A DNA stretch of 64,000 nt, from positions 744,001 through 808,000 of the forward strand of contig NC_043005.1 of the NCBI RefSeq assembly GCF_006345805.1, read 5' to 3'. The translations under genes and the position numbers were made by a program. Of the stretch, positions 38,700 to 52,669 are shown piece after piece (positions within the stretch are counted from its first letter, which is position 1; every line of letters begins with the position of its first letter). Origin of the DNA: Octopus sinensis. Lineage: Eukaryota. The notes beneath the pieces were generated by a model. It saw nothing but the letters and a program-made list of their open reading frames with translations, ran no database searches and had not been told where the DNA came from.

Positions 38700-40913
38700 A
38701 CACACACACACACACATACACACACAAACACACGCATACATACACACACACACACACACTCAAACACGCACATACACACACACGCACATACATACACACG
38801 TGATGATGGGCATTCACTCGTGACCGAGGAAGACCATCACTGACCATTGACCATGCAAAATGCTAGCAGTTGCCATACACGAGGTTATTGCACCAGCATT
38901 CGGTTTCACCCGAGTTCGCACCCGTCGCTTCCACCTTCCCTGTTGCGTCCTCCCTAATGACCGGACATCGGAAAGTCGCCACGCCTGCGATTGGACAACC
39001 TAAAGTTTGAAGTCCAACAAGGCTTACCAAACGCCTCACTGACCCTCTCTGGCCTACTGATCGGGAGATGGTTCCAGGCAAAGTATCTATTGCCAATAGG
39101 GGTCACAGGCTCAGGAAGCGCAAGCAAAAGATCCCCAAAATGTCCAATGCCATTCCCTGCAAATCCTGTTTTATCCCAAAGTGACCTTCTCCTAGAGGTC
39201 TTCTAGCAGGCCGGACACCAACCGGGAACGCCGAACACCAATTGGGCGTCCGTGCTATTGCTAGTTGGTCGTTTAACGAACACTAGGTTCACCTATCCTT
39301 TCGTTTTCAGACCTGCAGGGGGTTTCTAGAAAGCCCCCTCACCAGGCAGGCCTATTGTTGGCGCCGGTTTGGACACCGACCACCCGACTAAGCAACAGAT
39401 TCTACTGGATTCCGTGTTACCAGTAAGCATGCATGTGGGATCTCATAAGTGACCTGATGTGTGTGTGTGTGTGAAGGAGCATGGCGTCTGGATCACAATC
39501 ATGAGGTATTGAGTTCGAATCCCAGACCGGGCTGCGTGTTGTGTTCTTGAACAAGTCACTTTATTCCACATTGCTCCAGTTAACTCAAATATAGAAGTGA
39601 GTTGCGAGGTCACTGGTGCCACGTCGTATCGGCCCCTTCGCCTTTCCCTTGGGTAACATTCGTGGCTTGGAGAGGAGGGGGCTGGTATGCATGGGCGACT
39701 GCTGGTCTTTCATAGACAACCTTACACAGATTTGTGTCTCGGAGGGACACTTTCTAGATGCAATCCCATGGTCATTCATGACAGAAGGAGCAGTTTTAAC
39801 CTGCACACGCACACACACCACACACACATACACACACAAACACACGCATACATACACACACACACACACTCAACACGCACATACACACACACGCACATAC
39901 ATACACACGTGATGATGGGCATCACTCGTGACCGAGGAAGACCATCACTGACCATTGACCATGCAAAATGCTAGCAGTTGCCATACACGAGGTTATTGCA
40001 CCATCAGCATTTCCGTCACCCGATTTCGCACCCGTCGCTTCCACCTTCCCTGTTGCGTCCTCCCTAATGACCGGACATCGGAAAAGTCCCACGCCTGCGA
40101 TTGGACAACCTAAGTTTGAAGTCCAACAAGGCTTACCAACGCCTCACTGACCCTCTCTGGCCTACTGATCGGGAGATGGTTCCAGGCAAAGTATCTATTC
40201 CAATAGGGGTCACAGGCTCAGGAAGCGCAAGCAAAAGATCCCCAAAATGTCCAATGCCATTCCCTGCAAATCCTGTTTTATCCCAAAGTGACCTTCTCCT
40301 AGAGGTCTTCTAGCAGGCCGGACACCAACCGGGAACGCCGAACACCAATTGGGCGTCCGTGCTATTGCTAGTTGGTCGTTTAACGAACACTAGGTTCACC
40401 TATCCTTTCGTTTTCAGACCTGCAGGGGGTTTCTAGAAAGCCCCCTCACCAGGCAGGCCTATTGTTGGCGCCGGTTTGGACACCGACCACCCGACTAAGC
40501 AACAGATTCTACTGGATTCCGTGTTACCAGTAAGCATGCATGTGGGATCTCATAAGTGACCTGATGTGTGTGTGTGTGTGAAGGAGCATGGCGTCTGGAT
40601 CACAATCATGAGGTATTGAGTTCGAATCCCAGACCGGGCTGCGTGTTGTGTTCTTGAACAAGTCACTTTATTCCACATTGCTCCAGTTAACTCAAATATA
40701 GAAGTGAGTTGCGAGGTCACTGGTGCCACGTCGTATCGGCCCCTTCGCCTTTCCCTTGGGTAACATTCGTGGCTTGGAGAGGAGGGGGCTGGTATGCATG
40801 GGCGACTGCTGGTCTTTCATAGACAACCTTACACAGATTTGTGTCTCGGAGGGACACTTTCTAGATGCAATCCCATGGTCATTCATGACAGAAGGAGCAG
40901 TTTTAACCTGCAC

Positions 40914-40915
<2 letters not shown>
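38700..40915 (+). repeat. ~1.1-kb tandem duplication (units ~38700-39805 and ~39806-40915); each has a GC-richer unique segment and a SINE
   Basis: Matching ORFs at 39585 and 40692 (offset 1107). Junctions lie in (CA)n. Confidence 0.95.
39475..39800 (+). mobile_element. tRNA/CORE-type SINE (duplicated at ~40582-40908)
   Basis: B box GAGTTCGAATCC followed by CORE-like TTGTGTTCTTGAACAAGTCACTTTA. Confidence 0.75.
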
Positions 40916-40958
<43 letters not shown>

Positions 40959-41174
40959 ATGTCTGGATATGAGTTGTCTTTAAAGAGCTTCGAATCTCCA
41001 GAATGAGTGTCTCCTACTTCAGCGATCTTCACTGAGCCTTTGCTAATATTGTGACTGGAATCTGTTGTAAGAGTCCTTAATGGTGGTGGTGGGGGGTATC
41101 CACCCATGGCTGCCTAGCAGACGAGATTCCTTCCGGTGCAAATTCCCAGAAAGAAAGTTCCAGACAAAAGGTGT

Positions 41175-41463
41175 TCAACAACACTGAACACCTTTTTGAT
41201 CGCCATGTGTCTAACACACGTGGACATGCCTACAAAGTCAGAAAACAACACTGCTCCCATGACTTTCGGAAACATTTTTTCACGCTCAGAGTTGCTGAAG
41301 CATGGAATAAACTGCCTGCGTCAGTTGTTGACTGCCGTGACACTGCATCCTTTAAGGCCCTCATGCTTTCCGAAATCCGCCGAAACTACACCTGATTATA
41401 TATAGACTTTAGATGAGTTGTAGTGCACCTGAGCACTGTATACAATGTTTTATTATTATTATT
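41175..41463 (+). mobile_element. CR1-clade LINE 3' fragment
   Basis: TRGHAYKVRK..DFRKHFFTLRVAEAWNKLPASVV...SFK is the characteristic CR1 ORF2 C-terminus, followed by a short 3' UTR and an (ATT)n tail. Confidence 0.85.
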
Positions 41464-41930
41464 AAAAGCCACAGAAAAACATCATAAATGACTGATTTGA
41501 TGAGATTTTGGCGTTTGTTTGATTGTCTTTTCTTTAATTGAAGAATCATCGATAAAACGTGATTGTTTTTAAAGAAATTGTAGAGAAACGATTTGTCTGC
41601 CAGGAACTTAAAACAATTGGATTACTTCCGCTCTTATCATTCGTTCAGTCATTGTGGAATGAGGCCATGCTGGGGCACCGTATTGAAGGGTTTCGTCGGA
41701 CAAATTGAAACCAGCAGTTATATTTTGAAAGTTTGTTGGTATTTATTCTATCGATTTCTTTTGCTGAACCTAGCGGTTCAGAGAAAGAGAGCTCGCTAAG
41801 TTACGGGGAGGTAAGCAAACCAACACCGGTTATCACGCAGTTTGGAGTATAAATACAAAGATACACACACACACACACACACACAAACACAAACAAACGT
41901 GCGCACACACACACACTCATATATATATAT

Positions 41931-41972
<42 letters not shown>

Positions 41973-42145
41973 AAGTAGGTTATGGGTTATGAGTGTAACC
42001 CACTAAGGGATAGTATTTATCCAATATACTGTCGGTAAAGTTCCCAGATTCTTAATACACAAATGTTTTTAATTGCAATGCAGTTAATTCATTTATTGTA
42101 TTAAACGGGTGGAGGTAAAGAAATATTTTTACAATATATATACAC

Positions 42146-42345
42146 ACCGAGTGCGTAAGATATTTGAGGACAGATTTATGTTTATAAAAAAAAAGATATA
42201 AACTTTATTTATCAAAAAATGAAAAATGCTCTGAGGATAAAAATAAACGTTCTTTTCTATAAAGTTATTCCATGAAGCCACCTTCAGCTTCAACAACTGC
42301 TTCTATATGAGATCTAAACCATCTACATACTCTCGAACCAATGGT
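42146..42345 (-). mobile_element. Tc1/mariner transposase C-terminal remnant
   Basis: Minus strand around 42268-42328 encodes CRWFRSHIEAVVEAEGGFME*, which resembles Tc1-type C-termini. Confidence 0.6.
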
Positions 42346-42740
42346 CGGTCCCTGGTTTCATTTTGGACATTACTCTGACTACGGCAGCTTCCAAAGAATA
42401 CCCCCTCCCCCCCCCCAACACACACCAATCATCACCTGTGCTTGTAATGTTTCACTCAACTGATTCTGATGTCTGCGTGACAAATCAAAGAAACCTTGTT
42501 GCGGTTGTTGTTGTTGTTAGCGCGGTGGATTGACAGCGACGTTAAATCGGTAAGTTCAGAGTTCAAACCCCACCGTGGGGTCGACTTTGACTTTCATAAG
42601 TGAATAATAATTGGATAGAAATAGTGAGAGAAATAGACAGACACATCGATGGAGAGTTGGGGGGAGGGGGCAGAGACAGAAACGGACAGACAGACAGGCA
42701 GGCAGACAGACATACAGACAGAAACAGGGTTGAACTGATA

Positions 42741-42937
42741 GAAAGAAAGAAAGAAAGAAAGGAAGAAAGAAGGAAAGAAAGAAAGAAAGAAAGAAAGAAA
42801 GAAAAAGGAAAGAAAGAAAGAAAGAAAGAAGAAAAAGAAGGAAAGAAAGAAGGAAAGAAAGAAAGAAAGAAAGAAAGATGGAAAGAAAGAAAGAAAAAGG
42901 AAAGAAAGAAAGAAAGAAAGAAAGAAAGAAAAAGAAA

Positions 42938-42990
<53 letters not shown>

Positions 42991-43062
42991 AGGAAAGAAA
43001 GAAGGAAAGAAAGAAGGAAAGAAAGAAAGAAAGAAAGAAGGAAAGAAAGAAAGAAGGAAAGG
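42741..43062. repeat. (GAAA)n microsatellite
   Basis: Seen directly. Confidence 0.97.
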
Positions 43063-43595
43063 AAATACGGAGAATGAAAGTAGCAGAATAAATAAATTTG
43101 GCAGAAGAATCTATCGGAAGAAAAGAAAGAAGATAATCGAAGAAGAAAAGATGCGAGCCAAAGGTAAGAAAAGGTAAGAGAACGCTGCGAGGTTTGAGAG
43201 ATTGTTGCGAGGGGTGGGGAGGTGGCCATCTCGGTGAGGAACTTCAACGTGGCCAGGCAGAAACGTTGCCGTTGGCATGGCACCGTTTTGTTTACAATCA
43301 GAAATGGCTGACAGAGGAAATGACTCCTTCTTTTGGGTTTACCTGTCTCCAGTCCATTCTCTTCTCACCATTTCCACCCCAACCCCCACCCGTCGATATC
43401 ACACCTGCACACTTTGTTAGATTCTTTCTTTCCTTTCTCTCTCCGATTTATCTCTCATGTTTTATCTTTAGGACTTGCAATCGCGGTCGCCGTGGTGGTC
43501 GTGGCCGCGTGGAAAGGGGAGAAAAGCACCAACCACACAGCCAACAGAGTTCTATTTATCGATCTATCTTTTCTGTCTGTCTGTCTGTCTGTCTA

Positions 43596-43644
<49 letters not shown>

Positions 43645-43722
43645 CATATATGTACATGTATATATATATATATAATATATATATAACACACGCACACACA
43701 TATACGCACGCACACACACACC

Positions 43723-43774
<52 letters not shown>

Positions 43775-44058
43775 ACATACATACATGTATATATATAATT
43801 ATGTATGTATGTATGTATGTACGTATGTATGTATGTATGTATGTATGTATGTATGTATGTATGTACGTATGTATGTATGTATGTATGTATGTATGTATGT
43901 ATGTATGTATGTATGTGTGTGTGTATGCATGCATGTATGTGTGTATTATGTATACATGTATATAGAAAATATTAAAATTAATATTTATATCCTGTAAAAT
44001 ATATGTTAACCCAGCGTTATCAAGGCTACCCAAAATATAATAGTTTTAAAAGCTGTAG

Positions 44059-44660
44059 GGCTAAACCAAAAAGGAATCCTAGATTAGGGCTACACGAGGC
44101 TGGAGGGCAACACCAAGCAGGAGAGCTAAACTAGACAGCAGGTCTAGACCAGGCCAGGAGAGCTAGACAAAAAGGGATGGCTAGACAGGGCATTAGGGCC
44201 ACACCGGGCAGGAAGGCTAGGCTAGACAGCAGGTCTAGACCAGGCCAGGAGAGCTAGACAAAAAGGGATGGCTAGACAGGGCATTAGGGCCACACCGGGC
44301 AGGAAGGCTAGGCTAGACAGCAGAACTAGACCAGGCAGGAGGCCTAGACCAAGAGGGATGCCTATACCAAGAAGCAGGGTTACACCATGCAGGAGAGCTA
44401 GGCTAGACAGCAGGGCATCACCAGGTAGGAGGGCTAAGCAAAGAAGGATGGCTAGACTAGATAGGAGGACTAGAGCAGGTAGAAAGGATGGACCAAGAAC
44501 GATGACCGAACTTGGCCAGGCAGGAGGACTATACTAGACGGCAGGAAGGCTAAACTAGACACCGTGGCTAGACCAGACCAGGAGAGCTGGACTAGATAAG
44601 AGGACTAGACCAAATAGAAGGGTTAGGCCAAGAAAGCTGCCTAAACATCTAGGATAGACC
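44059..44660. repeat. 18-bp minisatellite (~GGCTAGACCAGGCAGGAG) with a higher-order 91-bp repeat
   Basis: About 30 units. One five-unit block (91 bp) is repeated essentially exactly at ~44130-44320. Confidence 0.85.
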
Positions 44661-46070
44661 ATCAAACTGTTCTGATTGTAATAAGGCGGTAACATAATGA
44701 ATGTGGTATTTCAAAGATTGCATATTTAGTAATCGCAATGTTTTGCCTTGGAGATTAGAGATTCTATTCCGACGACATGCTGGCCATGATATTGCAGAAG
44801 ACATTATACAAGATTGGACAACTTTTTGATGATGTTTCAAAACAGCTACAAATATCTTATCTGAAAAATGACTCATTGGAGTTTGTGTGAGGTTTTGTTT
44901 TGACATGTTTTCAAAAACTCACGAAAATCAATGATTCCCTTTACCATTCAATTAGTTGAAGTTTATAATTTTGAAACTCAACCATTGTCTTACACAGCTA
45001 TAAATAGCCATGGAAAGTCAATGAAGTGATTCTGTTCAACTCTGAAGATGTCCAATCAGGAGCAGGTTTACAAGAAAAGATTACTTTAATACTGGAATCC
45101 ACCTTCCAACAGACGATGTATTTGGAACCAACGAAATATAATATACAACTCTATCATCGTCCCATTGTTTGTGTAGGACCCACTAAATTGAATAAGGAAG
45201 ATTCATAGTATCAAGTCGAACAATTTGTAACAGGAAACATCAAAACTTGGAGAACCCGCTTCTGCTGTGCCTCGTGTTTAGTTTAAAACGGTCCTTTTTT
45301 GGAAAGAAGGGCATTGTTTTCTTGGTCTGGTGACAACACCTTTTCTCTTCCACAATCAAAGACATCTTCACTCATTCAACCTGGATGTATTTCTATGTTC
45401 TGTTTACAGGTCCTCTCACTCTTCCCTCTGATAATGGCAAAAATTAATGAGTTGGGAATCAATATTTTCATCAATTTCAGGCTCATTCGGGTATTGCATC
45501 TGTCAAACATTAACAAATTAATTCAACATGGAAATATATCCAAAAACCGTTTCCATGGCTGACTCCAAACTAACCGTGAATCTCCAGGATTCTGTACAAT
45601 AAAAATAATCTATAAAAATAATCTATATAAAAACGTAGAATTTTATGTTCTGGCACAATTCTGTGCTGATATAATTCTCGGCACCGAATTTGATAGAAAA
45701 GAAGAAACACACTTGCTTTCCCCACAAATGTCTGATAAGATCACCCCGAGTCCTCTATGGGGATCTCCCATAAACTCTGATGCACTAAAAACATTTTCCC
45801 TCCTGAATATCCGCAGCTGACATTGGGTAGCGTCTAAAATACCCGGGTGTCTTATATGCCATCAAATACAGTAGACGTTTTTTCGAAATTACATAAACTT
45901 ATTCCATTGTCTTACACAGCTAAATAGCCATGGAACCTGGTAAACTTTTCCAGACTCTCACTCCAGACTGCTAAACTGTTGCAACCAAAACCTGCCTGTG
46001 ACAGTGCAAATGGTAAAAGTGAGATAGATCGGAAATCAAAATCTTTTATGAAATAACATTAGAGAACTAA

Positions 46071-46280
46071 AAGACGGCGAGCTGACAGAAACGTTAGCAC
46101 GCCGGGCGTAGCCGTATTTCGTCTGCCGTTACGTTCTGAGTTCAAATTCCGCCGAGGTCGACTTTTCTTTTCATCGTTTTGGGGTCGATAAATTAAGTAC
46201 CAGTTACGTACTGAGGTTGATCTAATCGACTGGTCTCCTCCCCCAAAATTTCGGGCCTTGTACCTAGAGTAGAAAAGAAT
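46071..46280 (+). mobile_element. SINE family A with a 13-bp TSD
   Basis: ATTAGAGAACTAA at 46058-46070 and 46281-46293. B box GAGTTCAAATTCC. Confidence 0.92.
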
Positions 46281-46666
46281 ATTAGAGAACTAAGTAATTC
46301 GTCCGGGTAGCCGCAGACTGGGGGCTGCTATTGGTCATTCGACTAAGAAATTGTCTGAAGTTGGTTTCTTTGAAATCGATAACAGTTTGACAGTTCTTCG
46401 TACAAATGACCTGATCGATGATTTATCAAAATCACAATCAATACAGCAAAAACTATCTTCTGAATGACACTTATTATCGATTAGGTGCTCAATATCCGTG
46501 TAGTGGTGGTGGGGGGGGCATCTAGTCAGGTTTCTCTGGGAGTTACACTGCTGCTAAGAATTGTCAGTTTATCAACAGAAACTATTTAGAGGCCCCTCCT
46601 TAACTCTCCGGATCCAAGACCTCATCCTTATGGCTCCTGGCCTCCTCTACACACATTCACATACAC

Positions 46667-46834
46667 CAGTGGTGTAGCTAGAATATGTGCTACCCGGGTT
46701 AGTCTTTGTGTCCCCCACCTCGGGCCCCACTCACTAGAAAGGCTTATACACTGACCCAAAATTGCCGCCCCTCATAAAAGTGTCACTCAGAGTGGATCAC
46801 ATCCCATCGCCCCATAACTCTGGCCACGCCACTG
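46667..46834. mobile_element. MITE with CAGTGG.GTAGC-type termini (hAT-like)
   Basis: CAGTGGTGTAGCTA ... TGGCCACGCCACTG imperfect TIRs; no clear TSD. Confidence 0.55.
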
Positions 46835-48264
46835 ACAAAATGGTTCTCCGTCGGTTAGGACGACGCGTACTCCAGATGATCCGATCAACAGAACAGCCTG
46901 CACGCGTCAGGCTGTTCTGTTGTCAGGGAGATTCAGATTGAGACACAGAACGTGGGAACCCTGGCCCCTTTGTATTACATGTACGACTCGTTTTTGCGAG
47001 CTGAATGGAGTGGAGCAAGGGGATACAAAGTGTCTTGCTCAAGGACGCAAAGCGATGCCGGGTGTCGAAATCACGACTTTACTATCGTGAACCGAAAGTC
47101 CCTAAATACTAAGCCACGCGCCTTCACCCACTGACACACATATTTGTGGGAATACAGAAATACAGTGGATGCTTGTATGGCGGAGTGTTTAAGGAAGTCG
47201 TTTGGCAGTCATGAGGTGACAGGTTCGATCGTACCGAGTGGCATCTTGGATCGGTGTCTTTTACCAAAGCTTCGAGTTGACTCAAGTCTTGGGAATAAAA
47301 TGAGATAGAAAGGAACCGGAAGCCTGTCCGATGAACTCTACCCATAAATCAAAGCGTTGTCCTCACCAAAGGCCGTGTCACGGTGATCCTGCCGGGAAAT
47401 TTCTTGAAAGGTATACGGTACTTCAGTTGACTGAACAACTAAGAAATTCATCGTCGTAAGAGACGGAAATCCATTTCTATATGAAGAAGGGAAGTAACTG
47501 AGAGAATGGCAAACGCTGGAACCAACCAAAGAATAGAAAACAGATCCACGCACAATTTATAGTTATGGGAAACACACGGGAATTAAAGAGTTAAACACGA
47601 GCCAATGGTACCTATGTGCTCTCTTGACGTGCTAGAAATAACAGCCAAATCACACCGTATAGTTTTGTTTTTTTTAATATTAGGGTACGTTATGTAATGC
47701 AGTGTTAGATATACAATAACTGAGAAATGCTGATAAGGTGGTCATTTCTGGAACATCTTTGGTGGAAGGTTTGCACTGAAGACATCTCGAGAATTTGGTA
47801 TTCAAAACTCTGATAACGTGATAATAGTGCAAGTAGGTATTCTATTATTAGCGTTGTTCGTGGCAGAAGACTTGGTTTTTGGATTCTCTTGTGACATTCC
47901 TGGCAATAATAACGTCTGCTAATTGTTCCACATGGCCCCTTTTTCAGGTGCTGCCGTTGGATGTTGAAAGGTAAATAGATCGACAAAATCTATAAACGGA
48001 ATATGAAAGGAAAGAGACACTGCATTGAAGATATGACAGGTGTCTGGCGTTTATTGCAAGGCAGCGAAAGACGACGACGCAGAGCAGAGGAGAGCAGAGT
48101 GGAGCGGAGGAGGAGAGTGGAGGAGAGGAGAGTGGTTGTTACAGAGATGTATATAAGAGATACCGATGTAAGCCGAGTGATGTTAGACACACACACACAC
48201 ACGCACGCGCGCGAGCCTAGGAAACTTCGAGTTGCAGAGAGTCGAGTCCAATTGTTATTGAATA

Positions 48265-48364
<100 letters not shown>

Positions 48365-48785
48365 CAGCTGTCTCAAGCAGTGTATTGTGAGACAACATAC
48401 TAAGGACAGCATAGAATTACTTAGAGATGTTATGTGTAAGCAGAGTGATATAATTGTGTGTGTGTGTATGTGTGTGTGTGTGTGTGTGTGTATGTGTGTG
48501 TGTAAGTGTGCAGAGAGAGAGAGAGAGAGAGTTAATTGGGGAGTATGTTTATGGAGTACATATTATTCTGATTAGTTTGCAACGGAGGTAATATTTGTCA
48601 ATACAGAAATAAATAAAAAAAAAAGAAAGAAAGAAATAGCCGACTAGGTTACAACACACACACACACACACACACCTATATATGTATGTATGTGCGCAGT
48701 TATATATTAATATACACTCGGCAACAACAACATATAGGACTAGATTTAAAAGAAATACTGAAATTAAATATCTATCTATCTACCT

Positions 48786-48859
<74 letters not shown>

Positions 48860-49012
48860 AGAGAGAGAGAGAGAGAGAGAGAGGGAGTAAGAAGAGACAG
48901 ACAGAGAGACAGACGAAGGGAAATAAATTGACCTATTTATATATGTATATATATAGAGAGAGAGTGTAAGAGAGCGAGAGAGAAAGATAGAAAAAGAAAC
49001 AGATTGATTGAC

Positions 49013-49048
<36 letters not shown>

Positions 49049-50363
49049 ATCCATCAATTTCTTTTCTCTCTCTCTCTCTCGGAGAGAAAGAGAAAGAAAG
49101 TATGGGAAACGAAAAGGGGGTGAAAGAGAGAAGGTATGGGAAACGATAAGGGAGTGAGATAATTTTTTTCTTTTTTATTGTTTGCCTGAGAAGGTACGGC
49201 AGCAGTTCACCTCACCTTTTCCAGGGGCTTTTGGATCTCCCTACTCTCCCTCGCCCCTCCTCTCTTCCCTTCCCCTTAAATCAGCTAAATGGGAAGTGCC
49301 AAGGAAGTAGGGTCCACATCGCAGGGTCAGCGATCTTTCCCCCCCCACCCCCACCCGTGGACAGAATACCTAAGAAAGAAAGAAAGGAAGAAAGAACATT
49401 CCGCGAGCAGAAACCGGGCCCTCAATATCTGCGCCAGGGGTCCCTCTCGTAACCCCAGCCCAAGCGTCAGGTTTGCGACGGTGTTGAACGGAGCCGAGGT
49501 TAAAGAGGATATGGATGACAGACAGACAGATGCAGAGAAGTGAAATAGAGAAAGAGAGAGAGAGAGAGAGAGACAGGTAGAGATGCTTAGAAGGGGCTTT
49601 AGACAAACTATAACAAATCGACTTACTTGACGATGACGACGATGATGATGATGATGATGCTAATATGATGAAGTGAAGGCTATAATCCTGTTCCGAGCTG
49701 CTCTTCTCTCTTTAAAAACCATCTTTTTTCGCCTCCTTTTTTCCTCCGCCACTTTTACATAAGTGACTCGAAGCGAGATTCGTTTATTTGTTTATATATA
49801 TATATATTCGCCCCCCCGCCTCCCACCGTCTCTCTCTCTCTCTCTCTTCCTTCTCTTTTTTCTCTTTTACTTCCTCCTTTCCCCCCCCCTCCTTCCTCCA
49901 CCTCTCTCCTATTCTCCGCCTTGTCTGACTTTGTTAACAAACACACACACGCACGCACGCACACACACACGCACACACACGCACACACACGCACACACGC
50001 ACACACACACACGCACACACACGCACACACGCACGCACGCACACACACACACGCGCGCACACAATATCCTTGTTTAACTCTCACACTTTATCAGGACATA
50101 TGCACTCAAGCTTGTTTCCATTGACACATATGTTACAAAAACATACAAACCTACACACGCATATACATTACCCCACACACGCACGCACGCACACACACGC
50201 ACACACACACATCAAACGCACACACACGTACACAGACACGCTCTTACATTATATTGCACATACTGACACACACACACACAATTTATAAACGGCGTTGGAG
50301 TTTGCAGTAAGAAATTTATGCACAAATACGGATTGATATGCACAATTATGTACGAGTGTATAG

Positions 50364-50398
<35 letters not shown>

Positions 50399-50499
50399 TG
50401 TGTGTGTGTGTGTGTAGTACACATACACACATACATACATGCACTCATATAAAGACAAATGAACGGCTGCACTGATAATGTATTAATGTGTGGTTATAC

Positions 50500-50842
50500 T
50501 CTTTACTCTTTTCTCTTTACTCTATTTTCGAGCAGTCCTTTGACTGCAAGTACTTATTCTATCGGTCTTTTGCGAACCGCTAAGTAACGGGGGACATAAA
50601 CATACCGCATCGGTTGTCAAGCGATGTTGTTGGGGGACAAACACAGACACACAAACACACACACGCATATATATAATATATACGACGGGCTTCTTTCAGT
50701 TTCCGTCTACCAAATCCAACCCAATGCTTTGGTCGGCCCGAGGCTATAGTAGAAGACACTTGCCCAAGGTGCACGCAGTGGGACTGAACCGGAACCATGT
50801 GGCTGGTAACAAGCTACTTACCACACAGCCACTCCTGCGCCT
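50500..50842 (-). mobile_element. SINE family B
   Basis: Reverse complement starts GGCGCAGGAGTGGCTGTGTGGTAAGTAGCTTG. Confidence 0.88.
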
Positions 50843-51917
50843 ATATATATATATATGTGTGTGTGTGGTGGTGTGTGGTGTGTGTGTGTGTGCATGTATG
50901 CATTACGTACGCACACACACACACACACACTGATGCAAGGTTCTGGGATGAACCTAAAAGTTTAAAGCTATTTTTTTCCATTTATTTGACACTTTTTCTT
51001 CTTGCTGTCATAGAAACATTACAGAAATGACAGCGCTGGGATCAACATCAACATCATCATCATCGTCATCATCGTCATCATCATCGTCATGACCAACTTC
51101 GTAAACTGATCTCGTCGTCACTTACAACAACAGCAACAACAACAACAATAAAGAATTCAGAAATTCTGAGAGAACAGAAAACGGAAATAAACAAATAAAT
51201 AAAGCAGTTAATGATGTTAGTAATTAGTATTATAATGTAATGGGTGGAGTGAGGGAGGTGTGTGGGGGGGGGGGTGAGAATTTCACTCGACAATCACGTG
51301 ATTGAATGTTGAATGTTGTGTGTGACTTGTACCAACTCCACGAATGACGACAACGGATCGAATACTGCTCGGAGAAGCCAGGATATTATACTGGAGCGCA
51401 TCGGAAGGGAAACGGCCGCGAGTTGAGCGGTGCAGTGGACTGGAGAGCACCAAGTGACCTTTGGGTGCCTTTACCAGTTGCCATTCTCTTGTAAACATTC
51501 CAACCACGTCTCTGATCTAAGAACGACCTGTCTTGGGGGTCCCGTTAAAGATCTTAGGCCCTTCTTCTCCTCGCTTGACTAAACAAAAATAAAACTTTCT
51601 CTTTTATATATCAATGTCATTTAACGAAACTTCCTGTCACCTGAAGGAAAGACATTTCTTTTTTCTATTCAATTTTTAACGAATGTTCCCAACTCTTATT
51701 GACTATGTCTACCGAACCAAAACAATGCGCCGCAGTCGTTAAATAGAACGAAAGATTAGAAAATAAAAAGGTAAAAAAAATCCTTGTTTGGTCTTTGTGA
51801 AAAACTGGCGTCAAACATGAGTGAGAGAATGAGATTTGCTTAAGGGATCAAGATGAGATCCAAACTGTTTCACAAGGGCAATTTCTTCAATCTGAATACC
51901 AACACAAACACAGCTAT

Positions 51918-52315
51918 ACTCTTTTATTTGTTTCAGTCATTTGACTGCGGCCATGCTGGAGCACCGCCTCTAGTCGAACAAATCGACGCCAGGACTTATC
52001 CTATCGGTCTCTTTTGCCGAACCGCTAGGTTACGGGTGACGTAAACTCACCAATACCGGTTGTCAAGCGATGGTGGGGGGACAAACAGACACACAAACAT
52101 ATACATACGCACATACATATATGTATGTGTATATACATATATATATATATATATATACGACGGGCTTCTTTCAGTTTCCGTTCACCAAATCCACTCACTA
52201 GGCCTTGGTCGGTCCGAGGCTGCAGTAGAAGACACTTGCCCAAGGTGCCACGCAGTGGGACTGAACCCGGAACTATGTGGTTGGTAAGCAAGCTACTTAC
52301 CACACAGCTATGCCT
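51918..52315 (-). mobile_element. SINE family B
   Basis: Full-length match to the 50500 and 59876 copies. Confidence 0.88.
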
Positions 52316-52423
52316 AATAATAATAATAATTATTATTATTATTATCATTATTATTATTATTATTATTATTAGCAGCAGCAGCAGCAGCAGCAGCGGCAGC
52401 AGCAGCAGCAGCAGCAGTAGTAG

Positions 52424-52462
<39 letters not shown>

Positions 52463-52669
52463 TATTTGTACATAAATGAGATGCGATAAATGTAATAATG
52501 TAACGTTTTAAGTGAGTCCTTCGTCCAGGGGAATGTTCCAAACATTATTATTGCCACCCACCCACAGCATTTTAAGGGGGTCCGCTTTACTACACCCCTT
52601 GCACCCTTTGTACCCGAGCCTAAGCGGCAAAATGGTTCTTTTTTATGCTCGCCTCTTGTATCGGTGTCG

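Noticed and set aside
42594-43283. Lys/Glu/Arg-rich and Phe/Leu/Ser-rich ORFs
   Set aside because: Translations of (GAAA)n.
51345-51455. Short frame RILYWSASEGKRPR resembling a LINE C-terminus
   Set aside because: Too short and degenerate to call.
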